Positions 27,394-37,258 of a stretch of 64,000 nt of DNA are shown in pieces (position 1 is the first letter of the stretch; each line of letters starts with the position of its first letter). The stretch lies in the NCBI GenBank assembly GCA_913040915.1, contig CAJWHW010000001.1:1-64000 (forward strand), written 5' to 3'. Position numbers and translations under genes: made by a program. Under the pieces are notes generated by a model that was not told where the DNA came from, ran no database searches, and was given only the letters and a program-made list of their open reading frames with translations. Origin of the DNA: an uncultured Fidelibacterota bacterium. Lineage in GTDB: Bacteria > Fidelibacterota > Marinisomatia > Marinisomatales > UBA1611.

Positions 27394-29973
27394 ATGAGGT
27401 TAAGTACGTTCAATGGAGCCGAAAATGGCTTCTTAAAAAACTTTTTTCTTGGAGTTCTGCTCTTGTCTTCGCTCTCAGGCGAGAGAGCAATCCATATTCT
27501 GGGGTCATATGATCTTGATGATGATGATCAAATTGATTTCGTCATCCTTAATAGAGGTGCATCTTCTATAATTTGGGTAGAAATTGCAAAATCTGGTGTT
27601 CAAGAAGTAAAATGGACATATCAACTACCTGATGGTCAACAATTTAATGATGCAGTAGTTACCGATATTAACAGCGATGGGTTTGTGGATCTTGTTGCCA
27701 TTATTGATTTATTCCCAGCTATTGATGATCAGCCGTGGATTTATGTATTTCTAGGTAGCTCTACAGGGTTTACGATGAATCCCCTGACTTTAGGACATAT
27801 GTCTCTGGGATTAAATGCAGTCCGTCCTTCCAATATCAGTTTGGTCCCGGGCGACGAAAACCAATTTGTTGTTGCTTTTGGTTCTCCACTCCGACAGGGC
27901 ATGGTATTCAATATTGATCTAGTAGATGGAGATATTATCGTAAAAAACACCAAAATGCTTTTAGCACCGATAATCAGTAATGGGTATGGACTGGTATATA
28001 CCGGCGCATTTAAAAGTAACGGTGGATACTTTGTTGTGACTATCGCTTTTGAAAACAAACAATTAAAAGTAGCAATTTTTGATATTGTACAAAATTATAA
28101 GCTAATACAGTCTGGCATTCTTAATATCGATAATGCGATTTATCCTTTGGGTGCGGATATCCAAGCTTTTAAGTCAAAATGGTCTGAAAAAAATGGTTTG
28201 CTTATCCCCTTTGGGTCAGATGATGTTTTTTTGTTAGAGATAATTGGAGAAAACCTAGAACTGAATAATACAAACTTGTCAGGCAAAGGACTATTTCAAT
28301 TACCTAACTCATATGATGCGCAAAGTTTAGTTTCAATTTTACAAAAAAGAATAGATGCAGAAATTATATCATCTTCGCCAATCTCGAAGTTTATCTCATC
28401 GGAAATAGAGAAAGGATACTTAGCTCCTCCACCTGCCCTTGTGATGGATGAAGTATCAACTTTAAAATCTGTCCCCATTCTCTATGATCAAGATTTAACC
28501 ACTTTGCCGGATGATCAAATAAAAATTTTATATGAAGAGACTGATGAAACTAAATCAAAAGCAAAATATCATTCTCTAACCCCAACCCTTGGAGACTATT
28601 TAGCAAATGTAGATAAAACATCCACAGAAGAAACATTGGATTTTGTAAAAGAAGCAGTCCCAGCGATGAATAAGGATATGGAAAGCGTGACCTGGGCTGA
28701 CGAAGCTGGGTTTACACGTATTAATCTTGGGGAATATACCCCTGACGCGACAGACTTGGATTCTATAGTTTCTCCTATCCCGGAAAAGGATGCAGGCATT
28801 ACCACTTTTCAACAATCTGTCCATGAAGCGATAGCACCTAGGGCTGTTTCACAGGATACTGTTTTGGATATGCAATCAGATGATGAAATTGACCTGTATT
28901 ATGTCTTAGCTATTACACCAGCATCTGATACAAAAGACCGTTACATTTTTGATGGCCAAGCGCCCTTCGGAGTGTCAGTTAATCAGGTTCCACCCATGGG
29001 AAAGGCAACTCATTTTCAGCATGGTATTTCTGCAAATCTTGCAAATTTGGACAGAGGTGAGACCTTTGATTTCGCCTATTCTCTTCGAGATGCAAGATTA
29101 GATAGTATCACAACATTGATGATGGTCCATGATATGCAGACTAATGTTGTTTTTATGTCAATATCACCTACCAGTGATTCTCTATCCCAAGCTTACCAAC
29201 CAGAAGCTTTTGATCCGAAATTATTTGAATTTCCAGATTATTTTTTTGAAGGATTTCCCACATCCCTTGATATGGATTTTACTGATAAATTAATCCGTTT
29301 TTCCTTTGATGGCTTCGAAGATTCAACTTATCATGGTATTTATCTTTCTTCCACCACCCCATCTAATCCAGCCCAATCTTTAGCCGTTTTTATGGACGAA
29401 GGAACATTGCAAGCTATTCGTGGTGAAATTGTGGTTCGTGCAAACGGCTCTAAAAAAGTTACTACAGAATTTGATTTAGTTGGCAAAGTTGAACCTGCCG
29501 TTATGTTTTCTCGCCTTATTCAAGAAATGTTCCCAGACGAATTGAAAATAAAATTATTACAGGGGGCATCTCTGGAAGAACCTCTGTTTGGTCCTAGTGG
29601 TAAATTACCTAAGGTTACTCGAGAGCCTCGTTTACCTGACGCACAACCTGCTCAGGCAAATCCGGAAATACCTGTTGAGCCTAAACAAAGTAATGTTCCT
29701 ATAGAAAGGAGTATTATGAATGATGAAAAGATAACGAAAGAATCCAATACACCAGTTCCACAGGAAAATGAACTAGAGCCAGATGTATTAGAAGTGGAAA
29801 AACAAGTATTGGAACCTACGCCCAGTGCTTCTGATTCATTAAAACTCGAGGATAGAAAGGAACCTTTGAAACAATTAAACAGTCATCCTGCAACTCCGGA
29901 AGAACCCCAATCTAAACCAGAGCCGGACAACCAACCGATAAAAAGTGATGATGAAAACGGAAAAAATCCATAG
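27394..29973 (+). CDS. Exported FG-GAP/VCBS-like repeat protein with unknown C-terminal domain and Pro/Glu-rich tail
   Basis: YDLDDDDQID, DINSDGFVDL Ca-blade motifs; signal-like N-terminus. Confidence 0.7.
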   Translation: MRLSTFNGAENGFLKNFFLGVLLLSSLSGERAIHILGSYDLDDDDQIDFVILNRGASSIIWVEIAKSGVQEVKWTYQLPDGQQFNDAVVTDINSDGFVDLVAIIDLFPAIDDQPWIYVFLGSSTGFTMNPLTLGHMSLGLNAVRPSNISLVPGDENQFVVAFGSPLRQGMVFNIDLVDGDIIVKNTKMLLAPIISNGYGLVYTGAFKSNGGYFVVTIAFENKQLKVAIFDIVQNYKLIQSGILNIDNAIYPLGADIQAFKSKWSEKNGLLIPFGSDDVFLLEIIGENLELNNTNLSGKGLFQLPNSYDAQSLVSILQKRIDAEIISSSPISKFISSEIEKGYLAPPPALVMDEVSTLKSVPILYDQDLTTLPDDQIKILYEETDETKSKAKYHSLTPTLGDYLANVDKTSTEETLDFVKEAVPAMNKDMESVTWADEAGFTRINLGEYTPDATDLDSIVSPIPEKDAGITTFQQSVHEAIAPRAVSQDTVLDMQSDDEIDLYYVLAITPASDTKDRYIFDGQAPFGVSVNQVPPMGKATHFQHGISANLANLDRGETFDFAYSLRDARLDSITTLMMVHDMQTNVVFMSISPTSDSLSQAYQPEAFDPKLFEFPDYFFEGFPTSLDMDFTDKLIRFSFDGFEDSTYHGIYLSSTTPSNPAQSLAVFMDEGTLQAIRGEIVVRANGSKKVTTEFDLVGKVEPAVMFSRLIQEMFPDELKIKLLQGASLEEPLFGPSGKLPKVTREPRLPDAQPAQANPEIPVEPKQSNVPIERSIMNDEKITKESNTPVPQENELEPDVLEVEKQVLEPTPSASDSLKLEDRKEPLKQLNSHPATPEEPQSKPEPDNQPIKSDDENGKNP

Positions 29974-29984
29974 ATAGAATCAAA

Positions 29985-32900
29985 ATGAAACTATCAAATC
30001 AAATTTCTAGAGTTTTTTCAATCCTGATAGTGATTTTGAATATGATTCAAGGGCAAAAGATTGTTCATATGAATGGAACGTATGATTTAGATGGCGATGC
30101 ACTTTTGGAGTTTATTGCGTTGGAATTAGATCCGACCCATGCCGTTTTTCCATCAACTGTCCGCTATTATGAGATTGATGCTGATGGATATCAAACTTTA
30201 GTTTGGGAATTCACCCCACCGGATGCTTTAGATGGCCATTTTGTAGATGCTCAAATTGGTGATCTAGATGGAGATGGTGCACCTGAACTTGTTCTTGTAA
30301 TGAATTTATCTAGATTTGGTGATAATGCAACTCCTCATGTTTTTGTCGCAACCTATTCTTGGGATGGATCTAATTTTTCAGAAATTCCTACAGCTACGTT
30401 AGATGTTGGAAAAGAAAATCGTTCTTTGCGTTGCAATAACTTTCAACTTTTAGATCAAGATTCAGATGGAGATCAGGAATTGGTCTTGGCACTTGGTAGT
30501 CCATTTCGTGGATTTGCAATTGTGAATTCAACTGCAACCGGATTGTCTTTGACAAAAAAAGTTCGTCCTGATGAGCTATTGGTGGGTTCAGGATTACTTT
30601 ATGTAGGTGTAGTAGATTATGATGGTGATGGCTATGAGGATGTTTTAGCAATTAGCCCTGAGGGGCATACAATAAAGGCTCAGCCTTTTTATAATATTGG
30701 TGGTGTATTTGATTCTGGACATTTGGTACGTAAAAGAATTGATGGCCTAAGTGGGATTATACCTTATTCCATTGAATTAACTGACTGGGACTCAGATGGT
30801 TTTTTTGATATCCTGATCCCATTTAGTTCTGGTGATATAGCTGCATTTACATTGACGCCAGCCACCTTGGTTATAGAAGAAATTCCTGTTAACCCTGGTC
30901 CTCTTACCCAGTTTGCTTTAGAAGATTTTAATCAAGATACTTTTGAAGATATATTAATGTTGTCATCTGACATTAACGCATTAACTTTAGTCTCTGGAAA
31001 AGATGGCGGTATAGAAGGCGCAGAAAATGCTATGAGACATGTCCCAGCGGACATGCAAATATTTTCAATGATACCTATGGTAAAAGCAGGACAATATACT
31101 GGCAATGTCTTGGTCTCTGGCTGGAATGGTCAAGAAAATTCTACTTATGTTATTCAACTTGGAAAAATATCTGATAAGCTGGACCAAGGGTTTTTGATCA
31201 CGTCTGACTTTATTTCAAAACGATTACCAGATTTATTGTCTAATGTTCAGGATTATGAGCCGGAAGTACCAGAGGTCTATATAGAAGTATTGCCTGAAGA
31301 AACAAAACCATTACAACCCCAACAGGAAGAAAAAATTATAACTGATTTAGGGCAATCTCCAGGGAGCTATATACCCGGGACATTAGTCCCTGATCAACAG
31401 GAAGGTAAAGCTCTAAGAGAGCAACCAAAAGCAACAATTCCAAAAAAAGTTGTTAGGACCTTAGAGCAACCCAAAAGACCTCGTCCAAAAGAAACTATTG
31501 GACAGCGTCTTCCGAAACATATTCTTCCACGATATGTACTTCGACCTGGCCAGCCTTTTCTCTATGAAATTCCCCGCGATAGTACGGATGAGTTTTATAG
31601 CTTTCGTTGGGAAAACCAACCACCAAAGGGCATGTATTTCCTCTATGAGAGCCAATCTATTAACTGGGTACCTACTGAAAAACAATTGGATGCTTTTCCA
31701 TTGGCATATCTGGTACGTATGAAAGTGGATGAGATTGTAGAGCCAACAAGTGCATCTACAGCAGATGAACAAATATTTAAAGCTGTTCCGGTTTTAGAAA
31801 GCAGGGATGAAGGTTTATGGATCTATGTGAATGACCCTCCTAGGTTTTTAACTCAACCTACCATAACTGAATTTATAGCAGGATCTAAATTTCGGTATGA
31901 GCCCGTAGTCCAAGATCGAAATAAAGATGCAAATGTCAAACTTGAATTAGAAATTGCACCTGAGGGGATGACTCTAGATAATGGTGTGCTTAATTGGAAG
32001 ACTGATAGTGCTCATGTTGAGATTTATGATGTACGATTAATTGCTACAGATGGCTTTGAACGGACCGCTCAAGAATTTCAGCTTTTTTCTCGTGCTGGCG
32101 TAAAAATTCTATCAAATGCGCCTGAGTATGCATCTGTTGGGACTCCTTACAAATATTCTGTAAAAGTGTGGCGTCAACGACCTGATGAAAAAATTAATTA
32201 CAAATTATTTTTTGGACCTGATGGTATGAAAATGGAACCAGATGGTACGATTTCATGGATACCAAACCCGGTACAGGTTGATACAGCCAAATATGCTGTG
32301 GTGGTAAGCCATGGCGTAGCGACAGATACACAATACGTGGACTTATTTGTTAATCATCCACCTATTATCAAAGCCTCACCAAACCCCGTGAATAAGATAA
32401 ATGTTGGCGGAATATGGGATTTTGAGTTAATAATCGAGGATCCAAATAAAAATGATAAGCTGATCTATACAGCTCATGAGTTACCAGAAGGAATGCGGAT
32501 GGACCCATATACAGGTCGCCTTCGTTGGGAACCAACCATGGGTGAATTAGACTTTCATACATTAAAAATTGAAATATCTGATGGTCATGAATCCCGTATG
32601 ATTGAATCTGATTTTTTTGTTAATGCTCCTATACATATAGTTTCCGTACCTACAATGTCAGCAACCGTAGGTGAAGAGTACACTTATCGTATTATGGTAA
32701 ATGATAAAAATAAGGGTTCATTATTGCCATTTAAGAGGGTTGTAAAAGTAGAAAATTTATCCGTTATACGTATGTATTCTATCAATATAACAGATGATGT
32801 TGCTCTGTCAGGCGTAGATCGTTATATAGGTGATTGGCATAATGCTGATGCTATTTATTACCATGATCCAAAATATCCTGCAGATTCTCTTGTTTCACGA

Positions 32901-33854
32901 TTAAACATGAAAAAATATACCCATTCGGTATTTTTTGAAGATGATAGATTATGGGTGATATTAGAAACTATTAATGGTCGGACCATTAAGATTAAAGACT
33001 TTTTATGGGAATTTTTCCATGGTGGAAAAGGAAAGCCTCCTAGGGTAGTTGTTGAACGAGTAAACCCAATCAAATTTTCGCTATTAGATTTTCCTGAAGG
33101 AATGGTTGTAGAAGAAGCATCTGGTACAATACGTTGGACACCAAATGTAGAGCAGACAGATGCACACCGAATAACTGCTGTTGTTTCAGATGGCTATACA
33201 AAAGATGAGCAGACATTCGAAATTTATTCAAACCATTTGCCTACAATAGTTTCTAATCCACCGAATATGGGTTTAGTTGGAGAATTATTCAAATATCAGG
33301 TAAGAGTCGATGATAGGAACGAAAACTCAAATTTGGAATATACTCTGCTGAAAGGGCCTCACGGAATGCAAATGGATCGCTATGGAAAGATTTTGTGGGT
33401 GCCAAAAGCAGCTCAGATTAACAATAACACGTTTGAAGTAGCTGTGAGTGATGGTTACGGTACCGATGTGCAGAATAGCAAAATTTTTGTGAATAACGCG
33501 CCTTCAGTCATTTCTAATCCTAAACCTGTAGGCCTCACTGGTCATTCATGGCGCTATAAAATGACAACAGAAGATTTGAATGGAGATAAAGTGGCATATC
33601 GTGCTGTGCGCCTACCGAAATATGCCCGTTTTGATAAAAGGAAGGCTACAGTCGAATGGACACCTAGGAAGAACCAATTAGGAATGAATGATTTTATTCT
33701 AATGGCGGTGGATGAACATGGTGCTACATCAAGCCATGAATTTCAAGTCCATATTTTTCATGACCCAAGCTCTCAACAATTAGTCAATACTGGATGGCCA
33801 CTTATGTTAACTTTTGTAGGTGTAGTATTCGCTTGGGGAATGGCACAGATATAA
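29985..33854 (+). CDS. Large surface protein: FG-GAP propeller, tandem putative-Ig (cadherin-like) repeats, C-terminal TM
   Basis: DLDGDG/DYDGDG/DWDSDG/DFNQD motifs; repeated NxPP...PxGM...G.I.W.P...V.DG units; hydrophobic C-terminus. Confidence 0.8.
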   Translation: MKLSNQISRVFSILIVILNMIQGQKIVHMNGTYDLDGDALLEFIALELDPTHAVFPSTVRYYEIDADGYQTLVWEFTPPDALDGHFVDAQIGDLDGDGAPELVLVMNLSRFGDNATPHVFVATYSWDGSNFSEIPTATLDVGKENRSLRCNNFQLLDQDSDGDQELVLALGSPFRGFAIVNSTATGLSLTKKVRPDELLVGSGLLYVGVVDYDGDGYEDVLAISPEGHTIKAQPFYNIGGVFDSGHLVRKRIDGLSGIIPYSIELTDWDSDGFFDILIPFSSGDIAAFTLTPATLVIEEIPVNPGPLTQFALEDFNQDTFEDILMLSSDINALTLVSGKDGGIEGAENAMRHVPADMQIFSMIPMVKAGQYTGNVLVSGWNGQENSTYVIQLGKISDKLDQGFLITSDFISKRLPDLLSNVQDYEPEVPEVYIEVLPEETKPLQPQQEEKIITDLGQSPGSYIPGTLVPDQQEGKALREQPKATIPKKVVRTLEQPKRPRPKETIGQRLPKHILPRYVLRPGQPFLYEIPRDSTDEFYSFRWENQPPKGMYFLYESQSINWVPTEKQLDAFPLAYLVRMKVDEIVEPTSASTADEQIFKAVPVLESRDEGLWIYVNDPPRFLTQPTITEFIAGSKFRYEPVVQDRNKDANVKLELEIAPEGMTLDNGVLNWKTDSAHVEIYDVRLIATDGFERTAQEFQLFSRAGVKILSNAPEYASVGTPYKYSVKVWRQRPDEKINYKLFFGPDGMKMEPDGTISWIPNPVQVDTAKYAVVVSHGVATDTQYVDLFVNHPPIIKASPNPVNKINVGGIWDFELIIEDPNKNDKLIYTAHELPEGMRMDPYTGRLRWEPTMGELDFHTLKIEISDGHESRMIESDFFVNAPIHIVSVPTMSATVGEEYTYRIMVNDKNKGSLLPFKRVVKVENLSVIRMYSINITDDVALSGVDRYIGDWHNADAIYYHDPKYPADSLVSRLNMKKYTHSVFFEDDRLWVILETINGRTIKIKDFLWEFFHGGKGKPPRVVVERVNPIKFSLLDFPEGMVVEEASGTIRWTPNVEQTDAHRITAVVSDGYTKDEQTFEIYSNHLPTIVSNPPNMGLVGELFKYQVRVDDRNENSNLEYTLLKGPHGMQMDRYGKILWVPKAAQINNNTFEVAVSDGYGTDVQNSKIFVNNAPSVISNPKPVGLTGHSWRYKMTTEDLNGDKVAYRAVRLPKYARFDKRKATVEWTPRKNQLGMNDFILMAVDEHGATSSHEFQVHIFHDPSSQQLVNTGWPLMLTFVGVVFAWGMAQI

Positions 33855-33864
33855 TAATAAATTA

Positions 33865-34896
33865 TTATTTATTTATTTTATTTAAACACCCATCTATCAA
33901 AATATTTAAATCTTTCTTCGGTTTAATTTCCAAACTCATTTCAATAATAATCAAAGGTTTTGAAATAGTAAATGATGCTAATTTCACCCAATCCTTTTCT
34001 GTTGTAATAATATAGTCGGCATTTACAGATAGAGTTTCTAGTAAAGTCCAATCTGATTCTGAGTATTTATAATGATCCGGAAAGACTTTTTCTCCTAAAA
34101 TTTTACAACCTAACTTTTTAACCGATTTTTTAAACCCAAATGGGTCGCCAATAGCAGAAACAATAAATACTTTACAACCGTCCACAGATTCTAATTTAAC
34201 TGGTGATAAAGGTGAAATTGAAGTTTTAACAAAAGAGCAAAAAATAGGCATTCCCGTTTCTTGAACTTTTCTAAATAAAAAAGGATTTGATTGTTTCAAG
34301 TTTATTTTCGTTAATATTATTGCACTCCCTCTTTTTATATTTAACCAAGGTTCCCTTAAAATACCGTAGGGAATAAGTTTATGATCATATTTTGTATCTC
34401 CACTATTGACTAGTACCAGATCTAAATCCCGATTTATAGCTCGATGTTGAAAACCGTCATCTAAAAGAATTACATCTGGATTAAATTTTTTCTTTAAAAA
34501 CTTACCTCCTCTAAAACGATCTTCATCTACGACTATCGGAATAGAGTTTAGTTTTATTGCCATTAAATAGGGTTCATCTCCTACATCTTGCCATGTAGTC
34601 TTTATCTCAGATCCATTTGACACTAAAACCATACCTGATGTAGAACGCCCATATCCTCGACTTAAAATTGCAACCTTCTTCCCATTACCTTTTAAATAAT
34701 TCGCTAAATAAATAACAGTAGGTGTTTTACCGGTTCCCCCAACAGTTATATTTCCAACACTTATAATATTGCATAATAAACGTCTTGAAATAAAAAAATT
34801 ATATTTATAAAAAAGATTTCTCCAATAAACAACTCCCCAGTAAATAAGTGCCAGCGGGAATAGCAAATAAGAGTAGAATCGCTTACGAACTCTCAT
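33865..34896 (-). CDS. lpxK: Tetraacyldisaccharide 4'-kinase; start moved to ATG 34896
   Basis: SVGNITVGGTGKTP, LSRGYG, GDEP, LDDGFQH, FPDHY, TTEKD. The longer ORF overlaps the upstream gene by about 200 nt. Confidence 0.95.
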   Translation of the reverse strand: MRVRKRFYSYLLFPLALIYWGVVYWRNLFYKYNFFISRRLLCNIISVGNITVGGTGKTPTVIYLANYLKGNGKKVAILSRGYGRSTSGMVLVSNGSEIKTTWQDVGDEPYLMAIKLNSIPIVVDEDRFRGGKFLKKKFNPDVILLDDGFQHRAINRDLDLVLVNSGDTKYDHKLIPYGILREPWLNIKRGSAIILTKINLKQSNPFLFRKVQETGMPIFCSFVKTSISPLSPVKLESVDGCKVFIVSAIGDPFGFKKSVKKLGCKILGEKVFPDHYKYSESDWTLLETLSVNADYIITTEKDWVKLASFTISKPLIIIEMSLEIKPKKDLNILIDGCLNKINK

Positions 34897-35536
34897 TATT
34901 TGTATAATGCAAATTATTATTTTCTGTTTGGCACATCTTTTGAATGAGAATTTTACTGCATAAATCAAAATCACATTTTTTTTCAAAATAAAATGGTTTT
35001 CCGTATTCAATAAAGATATTACCAAATGGTTTTTCCAGGTAAAATGTATCCCAGTTCGTAAACTTCCAGTGGCGTGTTGATCTAACATTGATAGGAATTA
35101 TGGCGGCGCCTGTTGCTTGTGCAGCTCGAATGACACCAGGCTTGGGTATTTTTGGGGGTCCAGTTGGACCATCCGGTGTGATAAATACAAGGCTTCCAGG
35201 AATTTTTAACGCACGGATCATTGCTTTATAAGCGATATCTCCTTTTTCTTTGCTAGATCCTCTCATCATATGCCATCCCCATTTGGTTGCGATTCTTGAA
35301 ATAATTTCAGCATCCTTATGGGTTCCGGCAACGGCATGTACAATTTCATCGCGTAGGTCATGTACAATTGTTAATAATTGACTATGCCATGCAGATAATA
35401 TCACTGATGTCCCTTTTTGAATTATTTGTCGATAATTTTCTCTTCCTCTTACATCTTTTTGATTTGTTCCATAGATGCACTTGAGCAATAAACTGCCTAG
35501 AACGACTTTTAAATTCATAGGAATTGATTTTATCAT
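34883..35536 (-). CDS. DUF374 / LpxJ-like lipid A acyltransferase
   Basis: AWH, HKDAE, RGSS, ITPDGPTGP, WD...KPF motifs; lies between lpxB and lpxK. Confidence 0.78.
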   Translation of the reverse strand: MIKSIPMNLKVVLGSLLLKCIYGTNQKDVRGRENYRQIIQKGTSVILSAWHSQLLTIVHDLRDEIVHAVAGTHKDAEIISRIATKWGWHMMRGSSKEKGDIAYKAMIRALKIPGSLVFITPDGPTGPPKIPKPGVIRAAQATGAAIIPINVRSTRHWKFTNWDTFYLEKPFGNIFIEYGKPFYFEKKCDFDLCSKILIQKMCQTENNNLHYTNNESS

Positions 35537-36663
35537 GAGTCCAGCATCATTTTGGATAAAATAGCTTCAGCAGCACGATTATACACTCCTGGCTTTCCCA
35601 AAGTAAGACGTACCGTATCAAATCGAGTTAACATCCTTTTTCTTTCTTCATTGTTTTGATCAATCAATGGCAATAAAGCTTTCACAAGATTGTCCTTAGT
35701 CATATTATGTTGTAAATATTCAGGTACAATTTTTTTATTAGCAATAAGATTTACAATTGATGCAAATGGTATTTTGGTCAAATTTTTTGCGATAAACCAT
35801 GAAATACAAGATAGCTTGTAACATACAACTAATGGAGTATCTTCCACCGCACATTCTAAGGTAGCTGTTCCAGAAGATACCAATGCAGCAGTGCCAGCTA
35901 TAATAGCTTTGCGCGAATTCTTTTCTATTTTAAAATGATTTGGTAATGGCGAAAGGTTAACGTGAGGTGATTTTCCAACCATAATCTGTAGATTAGGATG
36001 TATTTGTTTTAATGTTTTTGCCGTGTCTAGAAATATAGTCCAATGTCTATCGATTTCTTGTTGCCGACTGCCAGGTAATAAAACTAGTAGAGGATGTTCA
36101 ATTGTTAAATTATGGCGCTGGTAAAACTCTTTTGATGATTCATCAAAATGTTCCTTATCTGCAAATGGATGCCCTACATAGTCTATCTTTAATCCTTTCG
36201 ATTTAAACCAATCATGTTCAAATGGGAATATAGAAAGCGCCTGATTTAAAACTGACTTCATTGTTTTAACTCTTTTTTCTTTCCATGCCCATACTTGAGG
36301 TAGAATAAAATAAGTAATTGGAATATTTAATTTTTTGATTTTTTTTGCTAATCTCAAATTAAATCCTGGATAATCGATTAGAATAACTCTATTTGGTTTT
36401 GTCCTCTCTATTGTATTGCTTGTCTTTCTTAAAATATGCATCATCCGTGGCAAATGTTTTACTACTTCTGTAAATCCCATCATAGTTAAGTCATCCGAAT
36501 GTTCCAGAAGCTGCATGCCTGCATTTTGCATAAACTTGCCACCATGCCCCATAAAAGATGAATTAGGCTCTAGTCTTTGAATCGCCTTTATAAGTCTGCC
36601 TCCATGCAAATCACCTGATGGTTCACCGGCAATCAAAAAAAATTTTAATGGCGTAGAATCCAT
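35533..36663 (-). CDS. lpxB: Lipid-A-disaccharide synthase
   Basis: AGEPSGDLHG, IDYPGFN, PQVWAWK, VGHP, LLPGSR, SGTATLE. Confidence 0.96.
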   Translation of the reverse strand: MDSTPLKFFLIAGEPSGDLHGGRLIKAIQRLEPNSSFMGHGGKFMQNAGMQLLEHSDDLTMMGFTEVVKHLPRMMHILRKTSNTIERTKPNRVILIDYPGFNLRLAKKIKKLNIPITYFILPQVWAWKEKRVKTMKSVLNQALSIFPFEHDWFKSKGLKIDYVGHPFADKEHFDESSKEFYQRHNLTIEHPLLVLLPGSRQQEIDRHWTIFLDTAKTLKQIHPNLQIMVGKSPHVNLSPLPNHFKIEKNSRKAIIAGTAALVSSGTATLECAVEDTPLVVCYKLSCISWFIAKNLTKIPFASIVNLIANKKIVPEYLQHNMTKDNLVKALLPLIDQNNEERKRMLTRFDTVRLTLGKPGVYNRAAEAILSKMMLDS

Positions 36664-36673
36664 TTAAATTCAT

Positions 36674-37258
36674 TTAAACGGGCGGGAACAACACCGTTTT
36701 TATTACAATTATAGTTATAATGAGGATCAAGTTTTGTAAAGTCCGTTTTTCTGTTTTCAGGGTTTTAAAAAGATGTGTGGGTTTTCGGTTATCTTTACCT
36801 AACCAAGGGGACAGCCTTGGAAATAATCTAGGAACATATCGCTTATAAATTGTGTAATCCTCACCAAATAGGCCATTTAATGTTTCTTCTTCCAATGAAA
36901 TAATCATGGAATATTGAAATGAAAAAAATATAAAAACTAGAATAAATAATTCCCACATATATTGTCCACCTGCAATAAAAACAATCCCGCAATAAATAAT
37001 CATATTGCCTAGGTATAATGGATTTCTTGTACATGCATAAGGCCCTGTTGTGCACAAAGATGGTGCGCCTACTTTTATTGTCCTTGTAACACCTCCGGCA
37101 TATCGTACGGCATTTATTCTTATGGACTCCCCAAAAAAAGCTAAAACACAACCCCACATAAAATATGGCATAGAAGGTTTTGCAAAAAAAAGCACAACCA
37201 AAACAATTGGAATTGGTGTATAGCTTCTGTTGGAAAATAAAAAATTACGAAAATCCAC
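36674..37258 (-). CDS. ICMT/PEMT (Ste14)-family membrane methyltransferase, LmtA-like
   Basis: LCTTGPYACTRNPLYLG, EE..L...FGEDY..Y...VPR; embedded in the lipid A operon. Confidence 0.8.
   Translation of the reverse strand: MDFRNFLFSNRSYTPIPIVLVVLFFAKPSMPYFMWGCVLAFFGESIRINAVRYAGGVTRTIKVGAPSLCTTGPYACTRNPLYLGNMIIYCGIVFIAGGQYMWELFILVFIFFSFQYSMIISLEEETLNGLFGEDYTIYKRYVPRLFPRLSPWLGKDNRKPTHLFKTLKTEKRTLQNLILIITIIVIKTVLFPPV

Noticed and set aside
34897..35088. N-terminal extensions in the ORF track for lpxK (also fabA, prs, rplI)
   Set aside because: They overlap neighbouring genes, the tRNA or promoter regions; downstream ATGs match the family N-termini.
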